From NCBI GenBank assembly GCA_964016885.1, contig OZ024744.1, positions 108,314,001 through 108,378,000 on the forward strand: 64,000 bases of DNA, given 5' to 3'. The DNA is from Eledone cirrhosa (taxonomy: Eukaryota). Position numbers and translations under genes: made by a program. The notes beneath the pieces were generated by a model, which worked only from the letters and a program-made list of their open reading frames with translations, was not told the origin of the DNA and ran no database searches. This document shows positions 14,916 to 29,184 of the stretch, piece after piece; the first letter of the stretch is position 1; every line of letters begins with the position of its first letter.

Positions 14916-15276
14916 ACATGTCTCTTTCAATCAATAAGTTAGCTCATTAGTGTGTCATTAGTGTGTAGTTGACCTGTTGTAGCGTCAGCAACAGCCCGTT
15001 ATTCCATATCAGATGAATAGAATATAGTTGAAAGTGCATTAGTTAAAGTGTTGAAAGCTCTGTTGCATATATAACATTGCTATAAAAGTGACACGATGAT
15101 CTACTTAATATAATATCAACTAGCTGGAAAAAAATAGTATTTTCGCTCATTAATTAGGTAAATGTAAGAATTTTTGTCAAAATAAGTTATATTTGACAAT
15201 ACTATATTTAATATGAGTCATTTCAAATTTTTCGGTAGCTTAATGACGTCTAGGGTCATCAGGTCTATAGATGTCT

Positions 15277-16280
15277 GTAGCAGTAATACACTTGGGTAAC
15301 TTGGTCATCCTGACTCTGGACCACAGAATGGTCCCTTTGTCCTGGTCTATAGCAGTAATACACTTGGTTAAGCTTGGTCATCCTGACTCTGGACCACAGA
15401 GTGGTCCCTTTGTCCTGGTCTATAGCAGTAATACACTTGGTTAAGCTTGGTCATCCTGGCTCTGGACCACAGAATGGTCCCTTTGTCCTGGTCTATAGCA
15501 GTAATACACTTGGGAAATTGGGTAACTTGGTCATCCTGGCTCTGGACCACATAATGGTCCCTTTGTCCTGGTCTATAGCAGTAATACACTTGGGTAACTT
15601 GGTCATCCTGGCTCTGGACCACAGAATGGTCCCTTTGTCCTGGTCTATAGCAGTAATACACTTGGGAAATTGGGTAACTTGGTCATCCTGGCTCTGGACC
15701 ACATAATGGTCCCTTTGTCCTGGTCTATAGCAGTAATACACTTGGGTAACTTGGTCATCCTGGCTCTGGACCACAGAATGGTCCCTTTGTCCTGGTCTAT
15801 AGCAGTAATACACTTGGGTAACTTGGTCATCCTGGCTCTGGACCACAGAATGGTCCCTTTGTCCTGGTCTATAGCAGTAATACACTTGGGTAACTTGGTC
15901 ATCCTGGCTCTTGACCACAGAATGGTCCCTTTGTCCTGGTCTATAGCAGTAATACACTTGGGAAATTGGGTAACTTGGTCATCCTGGCTCTGGACCACAT
16001 AATGGTCCCTTTTGTCCTGGTCTATAGCAGTAATACACTTGGGTAAACTTGGTCATCCTGGCTCTGGACCACAGAATGGCCCCTTTGTCCTGGTCTATAG
16101 CAGTAATACACTTGGTTAAGCTTGGTCATCCTGACTCTGGACCACAGAATGGTCCCTTTGTCCTGGTCTATAGCAGTAATACAGTTGGGTAACTTGGTCA
16201 TCCTGGCTCTGGACCACAGAATGGTCACTTTGTCCTGGTCTATAGCAGTAATACACTTGGGTAACTTGGTGATCCTGGTC
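15277..16280. repeat. 72-bp minisatellite, about 14 copies
   Basis: Unit GGTAACTTGGTCATCCTGGCTCTGGACCACAGAATGGTCCCTTTGTCCTGGTCTATAGCAGTAATACACTTG, with +8 (GGAAATTG) and +1 variants. Confidence 0.95.
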
Positions 16281-16849
16281 ATTGACCTCAGAGAGATTCC
16301 TTTGTCCCGCTCTATAGATATTAGCAGGATAATCAGATTGTTTTGGCCATTGACACTAAAGAGATTACCTCTTGGGTAATTTGGTGATCCAGGCTCATTC
16401 GCCGAGATTGTACATCCATGGTGCAGTTTCCCCTGGCTTCACCAATGATCTAGGTGGTTGCCGGGTGTTATGCCTTACCAAAGGACAGCTCGCAATTGGT
16501 TCAGAGTGGCTTGTTTCTTCTATATTTGCATTGCATCTAACTCCTATATAATGAGGCCTTTTTGCTACATGCCCCATGAACACCCGCAGTGAAATGATCC
16601 AGAACATGCGAAAGGTGACCAGACATACTGTCGCCTCCCCGTATCCCTCCTATTACTACTGCAATGGACTCTTCTGTAACTTGCTGAACTCATACCAGCT
16701 CTATTCCAGCTTCTAAACAACAGACATACTGTCTCCTCTCTGTCTCTTCTACCAATGCTACAATTAATTCTACTCAATGTTGATTTGGTGCTATGTTCAA
16801 CCAAGCTCAGGCACTCCAAGCTCATTGCTTGTCCCATGCCATCTCCACA

Positions 16850-16990
16850 CCAGCCTTTCACCTATAGACAGCTTGTCTCTTCCCTCTGTCTCTTCTACAA
16901 AAACTACAATGGTTTCTGCTCCTTGGAGATAGGTGGACTTATGTCATGTCCACCCAGGCACCCCATATCTATCTGTCTCTCCTCCTCTCA
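16850..16990 (+). mobile_element. Decayed LINE 3' fragment (CR1/Jockey-group ORF2 C-terminus)
   Basis: QPFTYRQLVSSLCLFYKNYNGFCSLE resembles the LINE C-terminal motif 'LxHRRxVxxLxLFYKYY' (recall). Confidence 0.55.
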
Positions 16991-17759
16991 TCACCTGTAG
17001 TCACTTATCTCTTCACCTCTAGAACATGTCTCCTTGGAACTTCTTTGCTCTTGTCTGTCCTACAAGAAGCTTCTTGCATGATTCTAAACAGAACATCTGT
17101 GATATCAGTTACTCCAGACTCGGAGTACCTCGGAAGGACATGGACATTGTCACTTTCTTCAGATAAACCTATTGTTCTTCCTCCCGAGAACACTATCCCA
17201 CTGAAACTTTCTTTCTCCTACAAGTTAAACAGAACTTCAGTGATATCGACCACTCTTATCTCGGTGAGTCTGTGAAGGCCGTGGGCACTCTCCTTTTCCG
17301 CAGGCCTAACAAGAGGAAATAAAGGTATCCGTCCAGTACTGGACCTGTACATTACGTTGTTCCTTCCCTCAAACATGTGGAAAAATAGACATTGTCTGGA
17401 GAGGTAAGTATTTGGTGGAGAGCGCAGGATGTTATACTATAACATTTCTCAGTACAGATGGTTTTCTGAAAAGGGTAAGTTCTGCTGATCAAGGTTTTTG
17501 TGGGAACTCGTGACTTTTCTACTATTAAAATAATTCATTTTGATTTATCTAAAGCGCTTCTAAACCTATAATGTAGTTCGCCTGTGGTCGTAGCATAGAA
17601 TAATATCACTCTTAACTGTTCTGCTATTATGCATGGATTCACCTTGTCTACCTTCTTATCTATTCTCTCTGTTCTGTTCCATGATTTGCTCATGAACAGG
17701 GGTCAGTGTTAAGATAGTAGAAATGCCAGGAATCCCCATAAAAAGCCCCGATCAGAAGA

Positions 17760-17950
17760 ACTTACCATTTAAAAAACTAACAACCTGCACCGAGAGAAAC
17801 TGTACAGTTTGCAAAATAAGCTCACTGATAAACTGTAAAACCAGAAATGTAGTTTATGATGTACAAATAGATAATGTAGAAATAGGACCACAACATAAAG
17901 ATAGGTGAGATGGCTCGCAGTATAGGAGAAAGGATGAAGGACCACTGACG
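17760..17950 (+). pseudogene. Penelope-like GIY-YIG endonuclease remnant
   Basis: CTERNCTVCK…INCKTRNVVY, then after a frameshift IGEMARSIGERMKDH. Confidence 0.7.
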
Positions 17951-18219
17951 ATAAAAGATTAAATTAACAGCGTAAAGACAGATATTTTGATTCCTTTAAT
18001 ATGGAAGTGAAGTGACAGAGTGAGATGAATGAGGCCATTTCAACTCTAGACAAATGCTATGTATTGGAACTGAATTGATTCTAATGGTAATTTGCGTCTG
18101 CTTCGTATGTGTTTATTCATTGTTTATGTAAAATGCTGACCGCTTCCTTGTGCTTGCTACTGCTTCTTAAAATATTTCCGCTCCTGCACATCTAACAACA
18201 AATTTTAATCTAACTATAT

Positions 18220-18426
18220 AATTGTTTCTACTTTTAGCACAAGGCCAGCAATTACCCAGTACATTACTGGTACTTTATTTTATCGACCCCGTAAGGATGA
18301 AAAGCAAAGTTAACCTCGGCGGGATTTGAACTCAGTACTTAAAGAGCCATATGTTCTGAGTTCAAATCCCGCTGAGGTTAACTTTACCTTTCAGCCTTAC
18401 GGAGTCGATAAAATAAAGTACCAGTA
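18220..18426. mobile_element. Two partial SINE copies in inverted orientation
   Basis: 18220-18336 (minus) and 18350-18426 (plus) share the B-box and core sequence. Confidence 0.8.
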
Positions 18427-19207
18427 GAAAATTGATAATAACATTGTAAATAAATAATAGATAAGTAATTTTTTTTACCTAAACCTATTTACTGCTGCCC
18501 ATTAGATAATTTCCACTCCCCAAGTCGCATAATAAATAACTGTATAAGAAAATGAATTAATAACATTGTAAATAGAAATAACGTAAGGATTGTTCTTCAA
18601 CTTATAATTTTCCATGGTAAAAAAACTGCATGTACAAAACGTTTTTTTAAATTTAATTGCTTGCTTTACACTAAGTAATTTGATATGATATTTATTCTTG
18701 AAACCATTTGAAACTGCTAAACTTTGTTCTTTCTCACATTTTCCTGAATATATGCGAGTTATAGGTATTATGTAAGGTGTTGATAATTGATAATTTATTA
18801 TCTTTAGCTGTTTGCATATGCATGTACAATTGTAACCTCATTGAAACGGACATAGAAACAAAAGAATAAATGTAAATTGTTAAACTTGGTCTTTTGTCAT
18901 ATTATATATATATATATTTCTCTGATTATTTAATTTATTAATTCTTCATTGAGCCACATCGTGAACGGTTGCCACATATATATCTGTGACTTTATGTATA
19001 TGTAAATCTTTATATATAATAATCTCCCGTTGGGTTGAGATGCAGTTTGGGCGATATTAGGCTGCGCTTTCTAGTAACCAGCCTACTCACCGTAGGCAAC
19101 TAATCACATTCTTTCTAACTCGACCACTGCCACGTAACGATTCTTAGCCATTTTTAAAATCTATTTCTGGCGGGATCGCTTTGGAAAATTAACTGCCCTA
19201 TTGAGTT

Positions 19208-19261
19208 TGTCTCCTGATGAGTTCGATATCTCAAAATACGAACGAAACCATGGTAGGGATA
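19208..19261 (+). ncRNA. Minimal type I hammerhead ribozyme (Penelope pLTR type)
   Basis: GUCUC-CUGAUGA-GUUCG…CGAAC-GAAA-CCAUGG-UA-GGGAU, with a palindromic stem III. Confidence 0.8.
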
Positions 19262-19541
19262 TAATTACGGTATGTACACATTTCTCCTAACTTTAAATTT
19301 ACACCTAATTGTGTATGGTTGACAATATATTTGGTCAGTTTTTACATACTATTGAAATGTTGGGTAAATACTCTATTGTGGTCATCCGCGAAGAGGCTGC
19401 TTTCGATTATTTATCAAATATTTCTTCATAGGAGCCTTTATTCTTATAGCCTGGGCTAATTGATTTTTTATATGGTTAATTGCGCTAATTGGGAGAGGAA
19501 ACTGTATATATTTTATCCAATAATTCTAAGGACATGATTTA

Positions 19542-19631
<90 letters not shown>

Positions 19632-19635
<4 letters not shown>

Positions 19636-19945
19636 TAAAGCTGACGGCCGTATGTATGTAACAAACTTTTCGCCAAACGACTGAACCAAACAGCATCAAA
19701 TTTGCACCATAGATGTAACTTTTTCCAAGTAAGAAAGTGAGGGTATTTTTGTCTACTAAATTTAGTTAAAAGATTAAAGATATTTGATTGTTTATTTAAA
19801 TATTCACTTCTTTAAAATTTTCAGATGTCAACACTTCCGGTTATCGATCTCTCTCTTTCTTAGTCTGTCTTTTTAGATAGATACTTAGCTATAACGTCGC
19901 GCCCTTATAATATCTGTATGTATGTCTAGATGTCTGCATTACGAA
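19632..19945 (+). mobile_element. Helitron-related fragment
   Basis: Shares the internal block TAGATACATAGCTATAACGTCGCGCCCTTATAATATCTG with the Helitrons at 13803 and 20615; another piece lies at about 20410-20510. Confidence 0.55.
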
Positions 19946-20022
19946 AACCATTCTGCACATTGGCTTCGCTATCTGTGTGTGTGTGTGTATTTTGTATATA
20001 TAGTGTGCGTATATATATAGTG

Positions 20023-20053
<31 letters not shown>

Positions 20054-20131
20054 TCCATTTTGACGCTATAGTCACTCATATATATTATGGAATACTGTTG
20101 GCTTCTTGCTACAATAATTTCTATACTTTTC

Positions 20132-20201
<70 letters not shown>

Positions 20202-20559
20202 TTAGTATCATAAATAAGAGACAGTTTAATTTGTACATTTTATTACACCATTCCTTTATACGTATATATCTACATACATAACCATGTTATTTACAGGTGT
20301 ATAAAAAAGAAGTATAATTGTTTCTACTTTTGGCACAAGGCCAGCAATTATCTCAGTACATTACTGGTACTTTATTATATGTAATATATATATATATAAT
20401 ACAACATTCCTCTCTCTTTCTTACTCAGTCATTTTAGATAAATACATAGCTATAACGTCGCGCCCTAATAATATCTCTCTGTCTGGCTGCCTGTCTGCAT
20501 TGACTTCGCTTCTAACCAACTTTTAATTAATTATATATATATATAATTATATATTCGTT

Positions 20560-22420
20560 ACATATTTTTAACAGTTATACTGTACTATATATTTTCAACA
20601 GTAATACTATACTATCTATATATATATAAAACTGAGGATGTCTGTCTGTGTGTGTGCGTGAGTTTGAATCCCTAAAACTCGAGAACCACCCAACCGACTG
20701 TTTTCAAACTTTACAGATGTAATACTTATGTTTCAGGGAGTGTTCTGAGCAAAAACAATTTCAAATTTTCAATGCCCTAGAGACCGCATTAGGCGATTTA
20801 GCGATCTCTCTCGATAATTCTTAGTCTTTCTCTTTTTAGATAGATACATACATATAACGTCGCGCCCTTATAATATCTGTCTGTATGTCTGGTTGTCTGC
20901 ATTACGTCACTTCCCTGAGCGTGTCTGTATGTATGTGTGTCTGTGAGTTTGAATCCCTAAAACTCGAGAAGTACCCAACCGACTTATTTTCAAACTTTAC
21001 ATGTGTATTACTTATGTTTCAGGAAGTGTTATGCACATAAGAAAATTCAACTTTTTGATACCCTAGGGCCCGCATTAGTTGAAAAACTGCGTTTTTTCAG
21101 GTTTTAGGGGTTTTTTGAGTCGTTACGTCAGACTGATTTTCTTTAAATTGTAACTATGTATTAGTCAGTCTCTTTTTCATACCGTGAGAAAAGAAAATCC
21201 AACTTTTTTATGACCTAGGGCCCGCATTAGGTGAAAAACTTCATTTTTTTCAGCTTTTTACGGCTTTTTGGAGGCGTTACGTCTAGCCGAATTTCCCGAA
21301 ATTTCAAGGCATATTATGCACATAAAAAAAATTCATTTTCTTGATTCCCTAGGGCCCGCATTAGGTGAAAACCTGCCTTTTTCCTGCTTCATCGAGGAAA
21401 ATCTTAAAGATTATCCAGCCATCAGAGTATTCGGTTTATTTTCTTTACATATTGTCCACGCATGCAGTTTTTTCACGATTAGGTCTGTTGGCGGCCCGCC
21501 TTCCAAAATACCTTATCCCGTGCAACGCCAGGTACCACTGCTAGTACTATATATTTTCAACAGTAATACTATACTATACTATATATTTTCAACAGTAATA
21601 CTATATTATACTATATATTTTCAGCAGTAATACTATACTATATATTTTCAACAGTAATACTATACTATACTATATATTTTCAACAGTAATACTATATTAT
21701 ACTATATATTTTCAGCAGTAATACTATACTATATATTTTCAACAGTAATACTGTACTATACTATATATTTTCAACAGTAATACTGTACTATATATTTTCA
21801 ACAGTAATACTGTACTATATATTTTCAACAGTAATACTATACTACACTATATGTTTTCAACAGTAATACTATATATTTTCAACAGTAATACTATATATTT
21901 TCAACAGTAATACTATACTATATATTTTCAACAGTAATACTATACTATATATTTTCAACAGTAATACTAATACTATATATTTTCAACGGTAATACTATAC
22001 TATGTTTTCAATAGTAATACTGTACTATATATTTCAACAGTAATACTGTACTGTACTATATATTTTCAACACTAATACTATATATTTTCAAAAGTAATAC
22101 TATACTATACTATATATTTTAAACAGTAATACTGTACTATATATTTTCAACAGTAATACTATACTATACTATATATTTTAAACAGTAATACTATACTATA
22201 TATTTTCAACAGTAATACTATACTATATATTTTCAACAGTAATACTAATACTATATATTTTCAACGGTAATACTATACTATGTTTTCAATAGTAATACTG
22301 TACTATATATTTTCAACAGTAATATTATACTATATATTTTCAACACTAATACTATACTATATATTTTCAAAAGTAATACTAAACTATACTATATATTTTC
22401 AAAAGTAATACTGTACTACA
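20560..22420. repeat. AT-rich ~27-bp minisatellite (ACTATATATTTTCAACAGTAATACTAT)n, about 30 copies, interrupted by a Helitron
   Basis: Seen directly; the array resumes in register at 21545. Confidence 0.95.
20615..21544 (+). mobile_element. Non-autonomous Helitron with internal subrepeats
   Basis: 5' TC, 3' CCCGTGCAACGCCAGG…CTAG, A|T insertion with no TSD. CCCTAGGGCCCGCATTAGG is repeated internally. Confidence 0.85.
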
Positions 22421-22464
22421 GACTGGGTGTGTTAAATGGAATCATCTGATTTCAAAATTCATTT

Positions 22465-22950
<486 letters not shown>

Positions 22951-23151
22951 AATAGATTTGGGGGAGGGCGAGAAAAGAAATAGAAGACCTGGTTCACACA
23001 CTCTTGGAATAGAATAGTTTACAATAATCAACCTTTTTGTTTGATACCAAACTAGCCTGACCCCTGACCAGGGTCTATATTGATCTAAAAGCTATCAATT
23101 ATAATTTTATGTAAGAACATTTGTCAAGTTACATTGTAAACACTAGCTTGA

Positions 23152-23915
23152 TAATGGTTTCTAATTTAGGCACAAGGCCAGCAATTTTGGGAGAAGGGAA
23201 AGTCGATTAAATTGACCCCAGTGCATGACTGGTACTTTACGTCCCCTACATATATAATAGTTTCAACATTTGGTACAAGGCCAGCAATTTGAAGAGAAGG
23301 GGAAAGTTGATTAAATCAACCCCGGTATTTTACTGGTACTTTATTTTATCGACCCTGTAAGAATTGAATGCAAGGCAAATCTTAACCTTGGTGGGATTTG
23401 AACTATGAACGTAAAGAGCCATAACTCTATGCTGCAAAGCATCGTGTCTGATGCTGCTTTACCAATACTGTCAATCCAATAACATATATACTTAGATATA
23501 AGCTAATCCAAATGTATGCTCCCGCCCCTGCCACCACCACTATTTTATGTCAGACAAATAGGTGAAAATTGAAACCCCATTTTTAAACCAGCTAATCAAC
23601 ACACTGTTTAGATGGGGTATATGAGCCAACTTCCTATTGTACTGACTTTTTTGGTTACAGCTTATATTTGAGTATTGTCTGATGCTCTACCGATTACTGC
23701 CAATCTATCTCTAGAATCTGAGATACATCTGACATGGTCTCAGCTTGAAATATTCGTTGGCAGTATCGGTAGAGGGTCGGATGCCATGCTTTGCAGCAAA
23801 GAGTTACGGTCCTTTATGGTCTGAGTTCAAATACCGCCGAGGTTAACTTTGCCTTTCATCCTTACGAAGTCGATAAAATAAAGTACCAGTAATACACTGA
23901 TAATTGCCGGCCTTG
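23152..23915. mobile_element. SINE cluster (23152-23240 minus, 23258-23480 minus, 23757-23915 plus)
   Basis: GGCACAAGGCCAGCAATT, ACTGGTACTTTATTTTATCGACCC and B-box motifs. Confidence 0.8.
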
Positions 23916-24644
23916 TATTCATATAAAAATGAGAAAACTCAGTTCTAGAACAGCCATTAAAACACCAAAATACTGTCAAAAACAGCGATGAACAAAAATG
24001 CCTGAGGACAGAGACCAGCAGCGAGTGTTCGCCAGAGAGACAATTCACGGAGTGAGTTACAGGCAGATGAAATATAGAAAAGATTTGGCTGGTGTAAAAG
24101 TTGTTCTAACAACGAAGTTTCTCATTTGTATATGAATTCAAATACACTTTCACTTCGCCTCGATCAGAGACATCATTTTTTTTTTCATTTAACTTTATGA
24201 TGGCTATGATTAGCTTTCTATTTAGGACAGACACCACAGCTTGAGATCCACTTTTTCTTTGTTTTCTTTCATCCTTCTATTTGTGTTATTTGTTTTATCA
24301 CACACACACATCAAACCAGTAGAAAGATTTATTTTTCTGTTAAACGGTCCAGCATTTTAAAATGGTACTCTCAATTAAATCGTGCGAAAACATTTTGCTG
24401 GTTTGAGAGCTGATGAGGGTGAAGTTGTGTGAACTTGCCTTGTAAATGCGCCTTTCTTTATTTCTTCCTCCAGTCACTTCCGTGCAGCAACACACTTCTC
24501 CTTGTCCTCCACTTCCTTCAATCAAGGTGAGGCATAAGTTTGGAAGCAAATAAAAATGCTTTTACTAACAAAACTACTAACTTTATTGACCAGCAACATA
24601 TATGTAATTATACATAAATATCTTTAGAAAAATGTATAGAGGTT

Positions 24645-25778
24645 ATTTAAAATGACCCCCTCATGTAGCAATAACAGCCCCTAACCTTCCTCAAACATCT
24701 TTCACCGAAGCACACAACACTTCTTTGGTAATTTATTTACAGGCGCTCAGTAAACATGCCTTTAAATCATCATCTGTCTAATGGATTTTGAACAGACTTT
24801 TTCTTCAAGGATAGACAATGCTGAAAAGTCCATATGGTTCAAATCTTTTGACCAGTACCTCGGAAGATGGTCTCTGCACCAAGCTTGTGTGACATTTACT
24901 GTAGGGGAGGTGGCTCCATCCTGTTGGGAGGTCCACAGATAATCATTGCCAAAATTATTAGTTGCAAAAGCAAGCATAGGCTCCAGAATACTGTTTGTGT
25001 AAGATTGGGAGCTGATTTTTGTCCTTTCTTCCACAAAAATGAGAGGAGAGTTCGAAGATGAAACAGCCTACCAGACCATAACAGATGCTGATTTCATTGT
25101 ATGGAATACAGATTTGTTGGTCAACACTGATGGCCGTGATTTTTCTCCAATGGCTCGATCATTTCTTCGGTTGTGACTGTTCAACAGTGAAAATCTTTTC
25201 ATCTAACCAGACAATTTCCTCAGCCATGCCACGTTTCATTTCTTTAAGCAAATTATTGCTCCTCTCTGGCCTTTTTTGTTTTGTCTTTTCAGAAAAAAAG
25301 GCTTGTCTCTTCTGATGGGTGAAGGAATACATTCCCAAGTCATCATTGATGAACCTTCACATTGTCCTAGGGCTTACTCGGGCCTCTTTTGCCATTTCTC
25401 ATGGACCTTTTCAGATTTCTTCTTATTCTTTCTCGAATGGCTTTAATGGGAGTAGGAGTCCCTTTAGTTCGTGGTCTTCCACTTCTGGGTCTATCCGACA
25501 TATTTCCTTCATCTTTAAAACGCTTCACAGCTTTCCAAACAGGAAATCTAACAACCGAAAGCAACTTTGCAATATCCGAATCTGACCTCCCGGCACGATG
25601 AAGTTTGAGTATCATTTCTCAATTGGATGACAAATTCAAATTCTTTAAGAAATTGAAACAAAGTCCAATATATTTACATAGACTAATGTTTTAACATGAA
25701 AATAAAAGAAGATTATTGGTATACTTACTTACAACACTTTTAGAAATCAAATTAAAAGAATTTGCTCCGCATTCTGTA
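24645..25778 (-). mobile_element. Tc1/mariner superfamily transposon relic (maT/DD37D-like)
   Basis: HTH region with DRPRSGRPR (ORF 25367-25615); DEKIFT and QQDGA…DLNHMDF; C-terminal GGHFK*. One end reads TA-CAGAATGCGGAGCAAATT at about 25778; the other TIR was not found. Confidence 0.8.
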
Positions 25779-26107
25779 TTTTATCAGCCTTGGGGATTGT
25801 CACCCTGCCAACCATTGGCAGCTGGTAACTGTCCTCTGAGGCATTCTAGCCCATCACTGTCTTTGACAGCATTTGACTGTTTTAACAGCTGTTCTAGCGA
25901 AGAGTTTTCTCATTTTTATATGAATTTAAATACACTCTCGCTTCGTCTCAATCAGAGACAACAATATTTACACACACGTACATACATATACACATAGACA
26001 CATATATATATGTTTGTGATTTGAACGCATATATGTATATATTTCTGTTTGTCTCTATTGTATATATATATAGAGAGAGAGAGAGGGGGAGGGAGATAGA
26101 TAGATAG

Positions 26108-29100
26108 ATTTCTTTATTAGCCACATGGGCGCACAGGAAAAGGGGACAATACAAAGACATGCCGGGGATTTTACATACAGTCGTGTAAAAAATATAAAAA
26201 CAAACAATTTCAACAATCGAAATCCCCAATAGGGGGGAGGCGCCACAAATGGGTTGTTTAATACCCCGTCAATAGAACAACCCTCAACTCCAGGAGCGTG
26301 TTGTGCAAGTGTTCCTTTCTTCCTTTTGCTCTCTTCCTCAACCTACAGGCTTATATACAGAAAAGGCCCAATCACTCGGGCCATTTTCGTTTCATTCACC
26401 CACCTTTCAGTAAATTTACTGGGGTGCAGTGCCTCTCTCTCCACCCTGATTCTCCTTCTAAAGTGATACTTAAAGAAGGGAATCAATTGTTGTCCGGAGA
26501 GAAAGGCATCTGTCTTCAGTCCTCTCAACCTCGTCCACCATATAACTTCTTTCACCATAGCCACCGTACAGAGGAAAACCGCCTCTCTTTCGTTTTTGAA
26601 AGAGGCTGGCGGTTTGATCCTTACTATGGACTCGGTAGTCAACTGGATTTGTCCCATACGCGACAGCAGTTGTTCTGCATAGTTCCACAGGTCGCTTACG
26701 CCCGGGCAGTGTACAATTGCGTGCAGGACTGTTTCAATGTCCTGCGCACATCTTGGACACGTCCTCTTGGAAGGATCCCTGCCAGGGTGTCCGTGCCTGT
26801 AGATCTTGTCACGAACCGGTAGAGCTCCTCGGTAGCACTGCCAGGCCAGGGACCTCTGGAAGTTGTCCATAGGTCCCGGGCGGAAAGTCCTACCAAACAG
26901 ACTGGTGAGCTCATCGTCTTCGACGCCCAGAGTCTCTCCGAGCACGTCGTCGCCCTTGTAACGTACAATCCCTCTATAGAATGTCGAAGTGGAGTCTCCA
27001 CTGATTGCTGCGCCCACTTGCCAGAGGACTGTGAGCGCCTGAGCGCATTCAATGTGCCAGGCGCCCATCGTTTTCGGTCTTTTCTTCACCCAGGACTGTA
27101 GCTCCGTTAGCGAGACGAGCTGTGGGAAAGCCTGTCTCACAAACGGTGCCCACACCGGTTGGGGGTCGGTGAGGAATACCTGGAGATGCCGCAGCCTCAG
27201 CGCATGTTTGCGCATCATCAGACACGGCATTCCCAGCCCTCCGTTGGAAGGGTGCTGACAGCAGACGGATCTCCTCACCAGCGAAGCCTGCTTCTTCCAC
27301 AGAAACTGGAAGAGCATGCGTTCCATCTTGGCGAGGTGTTCACGGGGACAAGGCACGACAGTCAAGCGGTAGTAGATGACGGACGCTATGAAAGTGTTCG
27401 CCACCTCCGCTCGACCTTTCAAGGACAGTTTGCACTCTGCCCACTTCTGAGTGAGTGCAAACACCTTGGCCGTGACCTCGTTCCAGTTTTTCTCCACCTG
27501 GAAGTCTGGACCGAACCAGACCCCGAGCAATTTCACCGGTCCGTCCGTCCAGCGTCCAACGACGCTGTCGGATGTCATCGGTTTGCCTCTCCACGTACCG
27601 AGTTGCAAACCGACAGACTTGTCTGGGTTTAGTTTTGCTCCCGTCAGCGTTTCGTATTCTTTCAGTAAGTTGCCGATCACCTCGATTTCCGAGGTGCTCG
27701 ACACCATTACCGTTATGTCGTCGGCATAAGCCGACGCCGCTTTGCGCAGTCCCGATTCTAGGGGGATGCCCTGCAACAGCTCCAATTTCCGCAGTAGTGG
27801 CTCTAGAGTCAATACATACAGAATGGAGGAGAGAGGGCATCCCTGTCGAATGGAACGCGTGATTGCGAACGGCTCCGATAGGTAGCCGTTCACCTTGACC
27901 CTCGAGCAGATGCTGGTGTGCATCGCCTCGATCCATCCTCTGAACACGAGACCGAAACCGGCCGCCTTGAGAACCGCTTCCAAGTATCGATGGTCGACCC
28001 TATCGAATGCTTTAGACTGATTCAAGTTGATCAGAGCCCCACCGAAGCCGGGTTTACTACCCACCCTCTCTATGATGTATCGCATGAGGTGGAGGTTGTC
28101 GTGTAGGGACCTGGTTGGGATTGCACACGTTTGCGCTTTCCCTATCAGATTCTCGACGACAAGCGCCAACCTCGTTGCCAACAGCTTGGCCAAAATCTTT
28201 AACTCTGTGTTGAGCAGAGTTATAGGGCCTAAAGTTGCTTAGTTCGTCCCCCTTGTTCTTGTCTTTCCTGATCAGCGTTACTACGCCTCTGCCTGTAGAA
28301 CTGGGAATTCTCTCGTTCTGCTACCAGTTGCAGTAGACGGCCTCAAGGACGCTAGAGAACAAGTCCGGCATGCCTATGTAAAACTCATAGGGTAGACCAT
28401 CTAGACCGGGTGATTTGCTTTTCCCGCAGCGGCCCAGAGCGTCCTGTACCTCAGTGGCTGTGATCGGTCTTTCGCAGAACTCGGCGTCCATGCTCGAGAG
28501 ACGCTGCAGGCCGTCGAGTTATGAACCGAATTCCATTGCTTCGTTTGGCGCACCGCCACTCTGCCCGAACAGTTGCCGCTGAAAGGCCGTGCACATCCGC
28601 TTGGGGTCAAGTAGCACGCGTCCGTTTTGGTTTTTCAAAGATCGAATCGTGGACTTGTTGCCACTTTTCGCCTTTGCCGTTCGGGTTCAGCTAACAGCTT
28701 TTGCTCCCTCGTTTCCTAGAGCACGCGATTTACTTCTGACCACGCAGCCTTCATGTTTCGCGTCGAAGAACTGGTCCAGTGCCGTTCTCGTTGCTAGCAC
28801 TCTAGCTACGTTGCCACTCCTAAGTGCCTCCTCTAACTTGGCTGCTAGTTCCGTTTCTGTTTTGTTTCTCTCTAAGGCTAACTCTCTGCTAAAGTCTATC
28901 GACTCTACTCTAATTCCTTTCTTGAGGGAGTACCACCATCAATTGTTGACGATGGCTCCCGTCAATTGTTGCTTAACTAATCTACTTATCCGTTCACTGT
29001 AAGCTTTACGTGTCGGTAGCGACACGTTCAGCTTCCAGTATCCGGGTCCTTGTCTATGTATTCTATCACGGTTGACTATGCAGATGACTAGTTTGTGGTC

Positions 29101-29181
29101 TGAATAGGCAACCATGTGCATTTGTGGACAGCTTAACATCTTGTCTCTCTCTCTAATAAAGAACCTGTCTAAATACGATCT
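26108..29181 (-). mobile_element. L1/Tx1-clade LINE, 5'-truncated
   Basis: APE C-terminus (YSDH), RT and zf-RVT-like motif; 3' end AATAAAGAAAT-(CTAT)n. Near-identical to 53915-56960. Confidence 0.92.
26343..28193 (-). pseudogene. Tx1 ORF2 RT and C-terminal domain (616-aa open segment)
   Basis: KAFDRVDH, RQGCPLS, YADD, GGLG, CPRC…ETVLHAIVHC. Confidence 0.9.
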
Positions 29182-29184
29182 TGA

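Noticed and set aside
15277-16280. CRISPR array or repetitive protein gene
   Set aside because: No unique spacers, eukaryotic context, and +8/+1 indels break the reading frames.
17260-17480. Host exons suggested by two GTAAGT donors
   Set aside because: No recognisable protein, convincing acceptors or partner exons.
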